A program made the position numbers and the translations under genes. Under the pieces are notes generated by a model, which saw only the letters and a program-made list of their open reading frames with translations, had not been told where the DNA came from and ran no database searches. From a virus (lineage: Duplodnaviria; Caudoviricetes): 64,000 bases of DNA. Below are positions 19,035-28,594 of the stretch, piece after piece. The stretch is from IMG/VR virus record IMGVR_UViG_3300028197_000002. The stretch is one strand, 5' to 3'. The stretch's first letter is position 1. Each line of letters starts with the position of its first letter.

Positions 19035-19898
19035 ATGTATATTCTTGAACAGTACGACGCGTCCTTAAGAGACATTTTGCGTATAGGCGTTTATCAAAAA
19101 AATAGAACAAACCATGCCGCGTTGTCTGTTTTTGGTATGCAAAAAAAGTACAGAATTGATGAGTATTTTCCTCTATTGACGGGTAGGAAAATATGGCCAA
19201 AAGCCATCTTTGCAGAGCTTCTTTGGTTTATCTCTGGATCTACAAATAACAATAATCTTAGATCTTTAGGTTCTAAGATTTGGGACTTATGGTCTAATGA
19301 AGAATTTGAAAAAGAAAATGGCTATGAGAAAGGAAGCTTGGGTCCTTTGTATGGCTTTCAATTGCGTCATTTTGGAGGAAGCTATAACAAAGGCGTAGAA
19401 GACGAAGTTGGTTATGGCCATGGAGGATTTGATCAATTAGAAAATATGGTTAATTTGTTGAAGACAGATCCTAATTCTAGAAGAAACTTATTTTCTTTAT
19501 GGAATCCAAATCAAATAAAAGATATGAGATTGCCTCCATGTCACTATACGTTTCAAGTTTATGTTAATGAAAATAAATTAAGTGGAATGCTGACTCAAAG
19601 ATCTTGCGATTTTCCTATCGGCGCACCAGCAAACATCCAATTTTACTCTTCTTTGATTTACATGCTGGCCCAACAGTGTGGATACGAACCTTATGAGTTT
19701 ATTCATTCTGTTGGAGATGCTCACATATATGTAAATCAAATAACGCAAGTAGAAAAATATTTAGAACGAAAGTCCAAGCCTGAATCGCCTAAATTAAATT
19801 TAAAAAAGGCTAAAGACATATATTCATATTCATTGAGTGATTTTGAAATTGAAGATTACAATCCATTGAATCCTATATCCATTCCTGTTGAAGTTTAG
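19035..19898 (+). CDS. thyA: Thymidylate synthase
   Basis: ELLWFISG, LGPLYG, RLPPCH, QRSCD, conserved Asn (PANI), GDAHIY. Confidence 0.95.
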   Translation: MYILEQYDASLRDILRIGVYQKNRTNHAALSVFGMQKKYRIDEYFPLLTGRKIWPKAIFAELLWFISGSTNNNNLRSLGSKIWDLWSNEEFEKENGYEKGSLGPLYGFQLRHFGGSYNKGVEDEVGYGHGGFDQLENMVNLLKTDPNSRRNLFSLWNPNQIKDMRLPPCHYTFQVYVNENKLSGMLTQRSCDFPIGAPANIQFYSSLIYMLAQQCGYEPYEFIHSVGDAHIYVNQITQVEKYLERKSKPESPKLNLKKAKDIYSYSLSDFEIEDYNPLNPISIPVEV

Positions 19899-19901
19899 TT
19901 A

Positions 19902-20438
19902 ATGATAAATTTAATAGTAGCTTTTGACGACAAGTACTCCATAGGAAAAGATAATCAGATTCCGTGGCACTTTCCAGAAGACTTGATAAATTTTAAAAAA
20001 ATTACTTCTGGTCATGTTTGCATAATGGGAAGAGCTACTTGGCTAAGTTTACCAGATAGATTTAGGCCTCTTCCAAACAGGACTAATGTTGTAATTTCAA
20101 AAGAAAATTTTTCTTATTTTGAAAAAACATTTGGGAATTCTGATTCTGCCTCCCTTGGAAATCATGATAAAAATAATTTCAATTGTTTTTCTGATATATC
20201 CTCGGCTTTAAATTTTTATGAAGGAAAAGAAATTTTTGCCATAGGTGGAAGAAATATCTTTAAAGAATTTATTTCTAATAACTTTGTTCAAAAGATGATA
20301 GTGACTCATGTTTTTGGAGACTACAAAGGAGATGTAAAGTTCCCGATAGAAGAATGGAATTATTTCGAAAACAAAGTTAGTAAAAAAGTTGTTATTTTTG
20401 AGAATGACAAAATGAAGATGGTAGAGTATTACTTATGA
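19902..20438 (+). CDS. folA: Dihydrofolate reductase
   Basis: IGKDNQIPW, PEDL..FK, IMGRATW, RPLPNR, IGG, GDVKFP. Confidence 0.93.
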   Translation: MINLIVAFDDKYSIGKDNQIPWHFPEDLINFKKITSGHVCIMGRATWLSLPDRFRPLPNRTNVVISKENFSYFEKTFGNSDSASLGNHDKNNFNCFSDISSALNFYEGKEIFAIGGRNIFKEFISNNFVQKMIVTHVFGDYKGDVKFPIEEWNYFENKVSKKVVIFENDKMKMVEYYL

Positions 20439-21826
20439 CAACGAATGATTATTTAAGTTCTATATGCAAAAATCTTCCTAAGATTGCTGTTTTGGGGGAT
20501 TCTATAATAGACGAATATTACGAGGTGACAGCCAACAGAATTAGCCCAGAATTTCCTATTCCAGTTATGGAAAGTGAATCTATTCTTCCTTATGAAGTCC
20601 TGCCGGGAGGTGCTGGTAATGTTTGCCATCAGTGCAAAAGCTTTTCCCCTAGCGTTCATTTTTTTGGAATTTTAAATGAATATGCACATGAAGTTTTTAA
20701 AGATAAAATGTATATTGGATCTCCTGTTTTGGCTAATCATTTGAATTGTAAAATTCCAATAAAAAAAAGATTTTATGAAGGAGATTTTCCACTCTGCCGA
20801 ATGGATGAGGAATCAAAAAAATACAACTTACGACAGGCAGATTTTTTTGATTCGTATTCAAGTATTTTATCTAAATTAAATTCTACTTTTGATGTTGCTA
20901 TATTTTCTGATTATTCAAAAGGATTTTTTGAAGATTTAGATATAAGTTCTTTTTTTAAAAAAATTCCAAATGCTTTAAAAGTAGTAGACCCTAAAAAAGG
21001 ACCTTTGTTTAAATGGAAAGGTTGTGACATTATAAAGCCTAATTCTAAAGAGGCGGAAATAATTAGTGGTGAAAAAGATTGGAAATCTCAAGCTACTTAT
21101 TTTTCAAAAGAGACGGATTGTCGCAACGTGATAATCACACAGGGAGGTGAAGGGGTAGTTGGTCTTATAGATGGACGTTTTTTTGAATATCGCCCAGACT
21201 TTAGAGTAAAAGCCAATTCCGTTGTTGGAGCTGGTGATTGTTTTATTTCTGTTTTATCTATTTTCGCTGCGAGTGGAGTTCCTATTGAAAAGTGTGTTGA
21301 AATAGCTTTTAAAGCAGGCTCTAAATATGTTACAAATAAGCATAATGCTCCTGTGTGGCCTACTGACTTGATTGGGTCCAAGGTTGTTGATGCTGATCTT
21401 TTAGTAAATAGAAATTTTAAGTTGTGTTTCACAAATGGCTGTTTTGATATTATTCATTCTGGCCATTTGAATTCTTTAAGGTTTGCAAAAGAGAAAGGCG
21501 ACAAGCTCGTAGTAGGTGTTAATTCTGATGCGAGCGTAAATAGCCAAAACAAACATCACCCTTTAATAAATGATATTCGTCAAAGGATAGATGTTTTAGA
21601 ATCTTTAGAATTTGTTGATTTTATTGTTGTTTTTAATGAAAGAACCCCTTTAGGGTTGATTGAAAAAATAAGGCCAGATGTGCTTGTGAAGAGTGAAGAG
21701 TATAAAAATCCTCCATTATATCCACCCATAGGTTCTGAATTTGCTGGAGAAGTTATTTTTTCTCCAATGATCGAAAACTTTTCTACCTCAAATATTATAA
21801 AAAATATAAAAAACAATAATAGATAG
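20435..21826 (+). CDS. hldE: Bifunctional heptose-7-phosphate kinase/heptose-1-phosphate nucleotidyltransferase
   Basis: PfkB domain (GDSIIDEY, RISPE.PIPV, GGAGNV, DYSKG, VDPK, VVGAGD) plus FTNGCFDIIHSGH..VVGVNSD..PDVLVK. Confidence 0.9.
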   Translation: MTTNDYLSSICKNLPKIAVLGDSIIDEYYEVTANRISPEFPIPVMESESILPYEVLPGGAGNVCHQCKSFSPSVHFFGILNEYAHEVFKDKMYIGSPVLANHLNCKIPIKKRFYEGDFPLCRMDEESKKYNLRQADFFDSYSSILSKLNSTFDVAIFSDYSKGFFEDLDISSFFKKIPNALKVVDPKKGPLFKWKGCDIIKPNSKEAEIISGEKDWKSQATYFSKETDCRNVIITQGGEGVVGLIDGRFFEYRPDFRVKANSVVGAGDCFISVLSIFAASGVPIEKCVEIAFKAGSKYVTNKHNAPVWPTDLIGSKVVDADLLVNRNFKLCFTNGCFDIIHSGHLNSLRFAKEKGDKLVVGVNSDASVNSQNKHHPLINDIRQRIDVLESLEFVDFIVVFNERTPLGLIEKIRPDVLVKSEEYKNPPLYPPIGSEFAGEVIFSPMIENFSTSNIIKNIKNNNR

Positions 21827-21833
21827 TATTATT

Positions 21834-22052
21834 ATGAAATTCACAGACTGGCTAGAAATTAGAGAGAACCAAGCAGCAGCGCTCAACAAAACTGCTTTAA
21901 ATATGTTGAAGCGTGGCAATGATAAAAATGTAGGAAAAAAGATAGTTGGAATGTATGACCGTTCTTTAAGACAAGCTAAAGACATAAAAACAGCGGCAGC
22001 TTTAGCCGGAGCAGCAGCCGCAGTTAAAAAATCTCTTGGAATAGATAAATGA
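21834..22052 (+). CDS. Small CTS-like putative internal head protein
   Basis: MKFTDWLEIRE; Ala/Lys-rich. Confidence 0.6.
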   Translation: MKFTDWLEIRENQAAALNKTALNMLKRGNDKNVGKKIVGMYDRSLRQAKDIKTAAALAGAAAAVKKSLGIDK

Positions 22053-22177
22053 AATTCAAAGAGTGGCTAATTTTAAATGAGAAAAAAGGCCCTAAGCCTA
22101 ATTTTCTAAAGCCTAAAGGATTTGTAAAGCCTGCTTCTCCTCATAAAATCAAAAAAGCAACTATATTAAATGTGTAA
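22049..22177 (+). CDS. 42-aa basic CTS-like peptide (not in track)
   Basis: MKFKEWLILNEKKGPKPNFLKPKGFVKPASPHKIKKATILNV; overlaps flanking stop/start codons. Confidence 0.6.
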   Translation: MKFKEWLILNEKKGPKPNFLKPKGFVKPASPHKIKKATILNV

Positions 22178-22392
22178 TGTCATATACGCTTTATAATAAA
22201 TCCAATAACAATAAGTTAACTCATCCTAAAGTGGGTCTTTGGTTCACTAATAGTTTGGAAGAGGCACAAGGAATGCTTGAATCTTTTTATGAGTATTTAG
22301 ATTCTTCTAATATGTCTTCTTTGAAAGATGACATTGTAATATTTAATATTGATGAAAATAAAATAATTGAAGAATTAAATGAAGCATCATGA
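22177..22392 (+). CDS. Hypothetical protein
   Basis: 71-aa coupled ORF. Confidence 0.65.
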   Translation: MSYTLYNKSNNNKLTHPKVGLWFTNSLEEAQGMLESFYEYLDSSNMSSLKDDIVIFNIDENKIIEELNEAS

Positions 22393-23326
22393 ACACATGG
22401 TGCTATCTGTTAAAGATAGCATTGATCTTTCTGAGAAAAAAGAACAAAACACGGTAGTGATTTGCACAAGCCAGTGTGATATTAAAGTCATGATGTGGAG
22501 TGTCTTTTCTTTATTGCTAAATGCCAATAATTCTTTTGATAGTCTTGAGGCTTGTATAAATGGATCTTCTTTGAAAGAACAAAGATTATTGCAAGATGCC
22601 AAGCAGAATTTTTTTGAAGATCTTTTGTATGAATATAAAATTGATTTAAATATTCATAGGGTGCTGGGCAGGCAGGGACACTCTCATGCCATAGATAGTT
22701 GCATTCCTTGGATAGATACTGAATACTATACTCTCATGCATGATGATGTCATATTGAAAAATGATTGGTCTGATGAGTTAAAGGATTCTGGTTTTTTAGA
22801 AGATCCTAAAAGATCTTTGATTAATGTTAAGCCTTTTTTTATGATGAAGCCTTTGGCTTTTTGTAATTCTCTTTATCTGGACAAGCCAAAGCTGGGAATG
22901 CCTCATATAAATTCTTCTTTTGTTATTGTTAAAAAATCGGTCGTAGAAGAATTAGGAGTTAATTGGCAAGGATATCATAATAAAATTGATTTCAAGTTAG
23001 AGGGAGAGTGGGCTAGAAAACTTGTTGATTTTTATGAGCCAATAGCCTCTGGAAATATAAGAGAAGGAAATGAATACAATTACCACAACACAGATATAGG
23101 ATCTTGGGTTTGTTATAAATTGTTGATTTCTGATTATAATTTAAAATCAATGAAAGGCGATTTTTGCTTGCACATAACGGAAGGAAGTTGGTCAAGTGAT
23201 ATTGGGCTTGCAATTAGAATAAATAAAAATTATCAAGAAATAGAGAAAGTAGAAAATAAAATACTAAGTTCAAAGTTCGCAGACCTTTATGTTAAATATT
23301 GCGAACATTCAAATATAGTTATTTAA
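22379..23326 (+). CDS. Glycosyltransferase family 2-like
   Basis: VVICT, HSHAID, YTLMHDDVIL, HINSSF. Confidence 0.65.
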   Translation: MKHHEHMVLSVKDSIDLSEKKEQNTVVICTSQCDIKVMMWSVFSLLLNANNSFDSLEACINGSSLKEQRLLQDAKQNFFEDLLYEYKIDLNIHRVLGRQGHSHAIDSCIPWIDTEYYTLMHDDVILKNDWSDELKDSGFLEDPKRSLINVKPFFMMKPLAFCNSLYLDKPKLGMPHINSSFVIVKKSVVEELGVNWQGYHNKIDFKLEGEWARKLVDFYEPIASGNIREGNEYNYHNTDIGSWVCYKLLISDYNLKSMKGDFCLHITEGSWSSDIGLAIRINKNYQEIEKVENKILSSKFADLYVKYCEHSNIVI

Positions 23327-24145
23327 TTTTTCGTAATTGTAATTTGTTTTGGCATCAATTAGCTCTATTTCTTCTTTATTTAATATCAACTTCCATTTTT
23401 TTATTGATTCTGCATCTATTTTCCGGTGAGGGTCAGTACCCCCAAGCATTTTTTTGTTAGGCAAACATTCTTCATGTTCAATCTTATGATGATTCAAAAC
23501 TTTTTTTGACCAATTTAATCCTAAGAATTCAAATATTTTTTTAAGTTCAGTAGTAGGACTGCAGACTAGATCTTCATAACAAATAGGAAGAATTTTCCAT
23601 TTGTATTTTTCTATTTCAAAAAAAGACTCATTTTTGTAGTTCCAGTAACATATTCCTTTGAATATATTTTCTAATTTTTTATTTTCATATTTTTTTATTT
23701 CTTCCTCAAACCTTTCTCTGAAAGATCTGTTTTTATCTTTTAGCCATTTGTTTACTGAAGGTACTGTTTCAAAATTTAGGTAGTTTCTTTTTATTTCTTT
23801 GTCGTTTTCGTAACAATCTTTTTGATAGCACCCCAGATTTATCATTGACGCAAGAACCTCTTTTGGATCTCTGAATATAAATATTATTTTATCATTCTCT
23901 TCATGTAATTCTTTTATGCATTCGTACTCGGAAAATAGCTCTGTCCATATGGGGACTTGATATCCTATTATTCCTTCTTTTTTTTGATAGTTTTCTAATA
24001 AAGAGTATGCTTTTCTTTCTCCATAGCATTTTATTTTTGGATGAGAATTTAATATTAATCTCATCATTGTTGTTCCTGATCTTTGACATCCTAGTACAAA
24101 TATCTTGAAGTTTATTTTTCTTTTTTTAAAGATGTCAAATATCAT
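23309..24145 (-). CDS. Sulfotransferase family protein
   Basis: LGCQRSGTTMM, FIFRDPKEVLASM, YEDLV..P..EL..IFEFLGL.W. Confidence 0.88.
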   Translation of the reverse strand: MIFDIFKKRKINFKIFVLGCQRSGTTMMRLILNSHPKIKCYGERKAYSLLENYQKKEGIIGYQVPIWTELFSEYECIKELHEENDKIIFIFRDPKEVLASMINLGCYQKDCYENDKEIKRNYLNFETVPSVNKWLKDKNRSFRERFEEEIKKYENKKLENIFKGICYWNYKNESFFEIEKYKWKILPICYEDLVCSPTTELKKIFEFLGLNWSKKVLNHHKIEHEECLPNKKMLGGTDPHRKIDAESIKKWKLILNKEEIELIDAKTNYNYEKLNNYI

Positions 24146-24164
24146 TTTTTTACTACTTTATATT

Positions 24165-24620
24165 ATGAAAGAATATTTTTTCTTAATAGAGTGTGATGAA
24201 AGTAATTACAACTATTGGATGGTTTTTGCATGTTGGTATTCAATTAACTTAAATGTTCCTAATTCAAAAATTTATTTAAATAAAAAAAATAATTGGAAAT
24301 GGACTCAAAAAATTCAAATTAATTACTTAAATAATAATAAAATTAATGATTTTGATTTAGTGTTGTCGCCTTCTACAGTTGCGGTTCGTCCAATAGAAAA
24401 CAATGAAATTACTATATCTTCTTCTAAAAGCAATGTTTTCTCTAATTTTGTTGAATATAAATATGGTTGTGGAAAATTAAAATTAAATTCTTTTATTCCT
24501 CCTTTTGATAATGTTTTGAAAAAAAATTTAAAAGAAGATATGACTGTGAACGAAAAAGCAGTTTTAAATATTTTTCAAAAGTGTTCTAACTTATATAAAG
24601 CTCTGGAGGGTTCGATTTGA
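24165..24620 (+). CDS. Hypothetical protein
   Basis: Likely start ATG 24165 (avoids overlap with the divergent gene). Confidence 0.6.
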   Translation: MKEYFFLIECDESNYNYWMVFACWYSINLNVPNSKIYLNKKNNWKWTQKIQINYLNNNKINDFDLVLSPSTVAVRPIENNEITISSSKSNVFSNFVEYKYGCGKLKLNSFIPPFDNVLKKNLKEDMTVNEKAVLNIFQKCSNLYKALEGSI

Positions 24621-24621
24621 A

Positions 24622-24900
24622 ATGAAAAGGTTTAATTTCGAAGAAGATGAAGAAGATGACGATGAAGAATATTATGAAGATTCGGAAGAAATGAACATGG
24701 ATATGGATTTTGAAGATCATTTATTGGCGATGACTCATTTTCCTATAAGTGATGACTTGCTTCCTTCTGCAATTAAAGTTTGTGAAAAATCTTTATTTTG
24801 GAGATTTAGAAGTTTCAGTTATAAAGTTAAAAAAATTAGAATGGTTTATTTGGCTTTAAAAGATTTTATAGAAGAAGAAAAAAAAACAGGAGAGGTTTAA
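24622..24900 (+). CDS. Hypothetical protein with acidic N-terminus
   Basis: 92-aa ORF, SD GGAGG. Confidence 0.65.
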   Translation: MKRFNFEEDEEDDDEEYYEDSEEMNMDMDFEDHLLAMTHFPISDDLLPSAIKVCEKSLFWRFRSFSYKVKKIRMVYLALKDFIEEEKKTGEV

Positions 24901-25256
24901 TGCCCAGATATGAGTTTACTTGCGAGCAATGCGGAGAGGTTATAGACCTTTTTTGTAGCATGGCCGAGAAAAAAGATGCCGCTAAAAAAATAAAATGCGA
25001 AAAATGTGGTTCCACTGAAATTCAAGAAAATTTTGGATTTCTTTTTAATTTTACCAACCCAGAAGGCACAGATCGTTGGAACAGTGAGTCTACCGGTCAT
25101 GATTATAGATTTAAACATAATTATGAAAAACCCGGAGGTACGGCTGACGAGAGAAAAAATGCACAAAGACATTCTCATGTAGGTAATGATCCATACAGAA
25201 AAATTGATGACATCAATGGTCCCGGTGGAGGGAACGATTTTGGTGAAGTTAAATAA
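24900..25256 (+). CDS. FmdB-family zinc-ribbon protein
   Basis: MPRYEFTCEQCG...CEKCGS. Confidence 0.8.
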   Translation: MPRYEFTCEQCGEVIDLFCSMAEKKDAAKKIKCEKCGSTEIQENFGFLFNFTNPEGTDRWNSESTGHDYRFKHNYEKPGGTADERKNAQRHSHVGNDPYRKIDDINGPGGGNDFGEVK

Positions 25257-25259
25257 CAT

Positions 25260-25288
25260 TTGATTAAAATTTAGCATTTTGATACAAT
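25260..25288 (+). promoter_or_regulatory. Sigma70-like promoter of prkA operon
   Basis: TTGATT-N17-TACAAT with extended -10 TG. Confidence 0.5.
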
Positions 25289-25328
25289 AACAAAACGACT
25301 AGCGATACAAATAAATTAAAGGTTTAAT

Positions 25329-27392
25329 ATGAGCATATTACAAAAATATTCTGACAGATTTAACAAAGATCAATTTGTAAAATTAAATGAAGAAATGTCT
25401 TTTGATGATTATTTGACAAAAGTTAAACAAAACCCTAATTTAGCAAGAACTGCCTATCAATATCTTTATGATATGATATTGTCTAAGGGCACGTCTTCTG
25501 TTCAAAGATTTAAAAAAAAATATGTTCATTATAATTTCTTTGATGATGTAGAAGGTCCTATTTTTGGTTTAGATGAAACTCTTCACCAACTAGTTCAATT
25601 TTTCAAAGGTGCTGCTGGAGGCTATGGTCCTGAAAGAAGAGTTCTTTTGCTGCATGGACCTGTAGGTTCTTCAAAATCAACTATTTTAAAATGCATTAAA
25701 AAAGGCTTGGAAAAATATTCATTGTTGGATGAAGGCGCGTGGTACACATTTAAATGGGTAAACCTTCCAACAGGTAGCGATGATGGGATTTATACATCTA
25801 GTGAAGATGAATCTCCAATGCATGAAAATCCTCTCAAGTTGTTGCCTCCTGACTTAAGAAAAGATTTTCTAGATGAGATCAATTCAGAAAACAATAGATC
25901 TGATGCTGCTTATTCTTTTTCTGTTGATGGCGAATTAGATCCTAGGTCTAAAAAGTTTATGAAAGAACTTCTAATTAGGCATAAGGGAGATTGGGGAGAG
26001 GTTGTAAAAAATCATATAGTTGTGATTAGAAAAACTCACTCAGAAACAGATCGTGTTGGAATTGCAACATTTCAACCAAAAGATGAAAAAAATCAAGATA
26101 GCACAGAGCTTACTGGTGATATTAACTGGGGTAAGCTTCCACATTTCGGAACAGACTCAGATCCAAGAGCTTTTAATTTTGATGGAGAGTTTTGTGTCGG
26201 TAACAGAGGCATTATTGAATTCATAGAAGTTTTGAAACTTGCAAAAGAATTTTTGTATGATCTTTTAGGAGCCTCTCAAGAACGTCAAATTAAACCAAAG
26301 AAGTTTCCTCAAGTTTCTGTAGATACTGTTCTTGTCGGCCACACAAATAATCCAGAGTATGAGAGATTAAAGAGTGATCAAACTATGGAAGCTTTAAGAG
26401 ATAGAACTGTTAAAATAGATGTTCCTTATCTTCTTCGTTGGAGTGATGAATTGAATATATTGGAATATTATTATGGAAAAAATAAAATTAAACAACACAT
26501 AGCTCCTCATACATTAGAGATAGCTGCTCTTTGGTCTGTTCTAACTAGACTTCAAGAAGATAAAGATGGAAAGATTAGTCTTGTTGAAAAAGCCAAACTG
26601 TATGATGGAAGAGCGCTCCCGGGTTGGACTGAAGATTCTGTAAAAGAATTAAGAGATAAGTATACTGAAGAAGGAATGTTTAAAGGAATTAGCTGTCGAT
26701 ATGTCCAAGACAAGATATCTAATTGCCTAAGTTCAGAATACAATTACATAAATTTCTTTATGGTTTTGAATGAATTAAAATCAGGTTTAGATCATCAATC
26801 TTTATTTGATAGCGAAGAGGATAAGTCAAGGTATATTAATTGCATCTCTCTTGCAAAAAATGAATTAGACCAAATTTTAAAGTCGGAAGTTCAAAAGGCT
26901 TTGGTTGGAGACGAGAATGCTATTGAGAGATTGTGTGGAAATTACATAGACAATGTAATGGCCTACATAGAAGGCACAAAGATTAAAAACCCATTTACAG
27001 AGCAAGACCAAGAGCCAGACGAAAGGCTTATGCGTTCCATAGAAGAGAAAATTGATGTTCCTGAAGTTGGAACAGATGATTTTAGAAGGTCTTTAGCAGC
27101 CTTTATTGGAAACTTGGCTCATAGTGGCAAAGAATTCAAATGGGACTCAAACCCTCAACTTAAAAAGGCTCTGGAAGCAAAGTTGTTTGAAGATACAAAA
27201 GATCACATAAAGCTTTCTGCTTTGAGTGTCAAAGGCACAACGGTTGTTGACAAAGAAGTTCAAGAAAAAATAGACGCAGTCAAAAAGAGACTGATTGACA
27301 GCTATGGGTATAACGAACAATCTGCAACAGATGTTTTAGATTATGTGGGTTCCATTTTTGCCCGTGGTGATATGGCTGATGATGAAGAATAG
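25329..27392 (+). CDS. prkA: PrkA/YeaG family AAA+ (serine kinase-annotated) protein
   Basis: LHGPVGSSKST, ESPMHENPL, KDEKNQDSTELTG, NRGIIEFIE, EALRDR, GIS.RYVQ. Confidence 0.95.
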   Translation: MSILQKYSDRFNKDQFVKLNEEMSFDDYLTKVKQNPNLARTAYQYLYDMILSKGTSSVQRFKKKYVHYNFFDDVEGPIFGLDETLHQLVQFFKGAAGGYGPERRVLLLHGPVGSSKSTILKCIKKGLEKYSLLDEGAWYTFKWVNLPTGSDDGIYTSSEDESPMHENPLKLLPPDLRKDFLDEINSENNRSDAAYSFSVDGELDPRSKKFMKELLIRHKGDWGEVVKNHIVVIRKTHSETDRVGIATFQPKDEKNQDSTELTGDINWGKLPHFGTDSDPRAFNFDGEFCVGNRGIIEFIEVLKLAKEFLYDLLGASQERQIKPKKFPQVSVDTVLVGHTNNPEYERLKSDQTMEALRDRTVKIDVPYLLRWSDELNILEYYYGKNKIKQHIAPHTLEIAALWSVLTRLQEDKDGKISLVEKAKLYDGRALPGWTEDSVKELRDKYTEEGMFKGISCRYVQDKISNCLSSEYNYINFFMVLNELKSGLDHQSLFDSEEDKSRYINCISLAKNELDQILKSEVQKALVGDENAIERLCGNYIDNVMAYIEGTKIKNPFTEQDQEPDERLMRSIEEKIDVPEVGTDDFRRSLAAFIGNLAHSGKEFKWDSNPQLKKALEAKLFEDTKDHIKLSALSVKGTTVVDKEVQEKIDAVKKRLIDSYGYNEQSATDVLDYVGSIFARGDMADDEE

Positions 27393-27395
27393 TAG

Positions 27396-27403
27396 TATAA
27401 ATA
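27396..27403 (+). promoter_or_regulatory. T4-type late promoter motif
   Basis: TATAAATA immediately before yeaH. Confidence 0.4.
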
Positions 27404-27415
27404 GAGAGAATTTAA

Positions 27416-28594
27416 ATGCCACGTCGAATCGAAGAAGATCACAAAGACTTCCATGATGTATATGCTGGTCGAAAGAGAAAAGAATTAAAAAAATTCATAA
27501 AAAATGGAAGCATATTTAAAAATCGAGGTAAAAATGGAAAGATTGTATTAACAATCCCAAAAATTGACATTCCCCATATTGTTTATGGAAGCGACGGTTC
27601 AGGAGGAATTGGTCGAGGGGAAGGCGAAGAAGGAAAGGTTATTGGAAAAGAGAAGGAAGAAGGAGATGGCAAAGGAAAGGCTGGAAATGAGTCTGGAGAG
27701 GGAATAGACATTGCCGTTGATCTTGAAGAGATTCTTAAGTTTCTTCAAGATGAATTAGATCTTCCTGATATGAAGCCAAAGCCGAGTGATACATATGAAG
27801 ATGTGATAAAAAGATACAATAACATATCTTTAACAGGACCAGAGTCTTTAAGGCATAACGCAAGGACTTTGAGACAAGCTCTCAAAAGACAATGCGCGGA
27901 TGGTTCCATACACAAATTGCATGACATTCCCGGATTCGCCCAGCCTATAAAGTTGATAACGCCTATAAATAGCGACAAAAGATATAGGCAATTCAATGAA
28001 ATAAAAATACCTTCTAGCAATGCTGTTATATTTTTTGCTAGGGATGGGTCTGCTTCTATGGATCAATCCAAGTGTGACATAGTTAGTGATATGTGCTGGT
28101 GGATTGATGTTTGGATAAGAAAGTTCTATGAAAAAGTAGAAAGAGTTTATGTATGGCACGACACAGTGGCAAAAGAGGTTGATGAGAAAAAGTTTTATAA
28201 ATACAGATATGGAGGAGGAACTGTTTGTTCTGAAGCTTTAAAGCTTGTGTCTTCTATGTTTGAAAATAGATTCAATCCTTCAAAGTGGAATATCTATTTA
28301 TTTTATTTTACGGATGGAGATAATTGGTCTGGCGATAATGAAAAATTCATTAAAATGTTGAAAGAAGATTTTAACGTTAATGTCGTCAATATGGTTGGGA
28401 TAACTCAAGTTTTATCTTATAACTATGACAGAAGTCTGAAGCAGGCTGTAGATAAAAATGATTTTAAAAATGTTAAAACAACACAAGTTTCGTATGAACA
28501 AGATCAATACATGAACATATCAGAAGAAGATAGAGATAGGCAAATTAAAGAAGCTGTTGTTGATCTCTTGGGAAAGGAGAAAGTAAATGAGTAA
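27416..28594 (+). CDS. yeaH: YeaH/YhbH (DUF444) vWA-like protein
   Basis: Gly-rich GRGEGEEG segment, LDLPDMKPK, RDGSASM, YGGGT..S.AL, YFTDGDNW. Confidence 0.92.
   Translation: MPRRIEEDHKDFHDVYAGRKRKELKKFIKNGSIFKNRGKNGKIVLTIPKIDIPHIVYGSDGSGGIGRGEGEEGKVIGKEKEEGDGKGKAGNESGEGIDIAVDLEEILKFLQDELDLPDMKPKPSDTYEDVIKRYNNISLTGPESLRHNARTLRQALKRQCADGSIHKLHDIPGFAQPIKLITPINSDKRYRQFNEIKIPSSNAVIFFARDGSASMDQSKCDIVSDMCWWIDVWIRKFYEKVERVYVWHDTVAKEVDEKKFYKYRYGGGTVCSEALKLVSSMFENRFNPSKWNIYLFYFTDGDNWSGDNEKFIKMLKEDFNVNVVNMVGITQVLSYNYDRSLKQAVDKNDFKNVKTTQVSYEQDQYMNISEEDRDRQIKEAVVDLLGKEKVNE

Noticed and set aside
19035-19898. dCMP hydroxymethylase (modified-base pathway)
   Set aside because: Retains the dUMP-specifying Asn and is adjacent to DHFR, so ordinary ThyA
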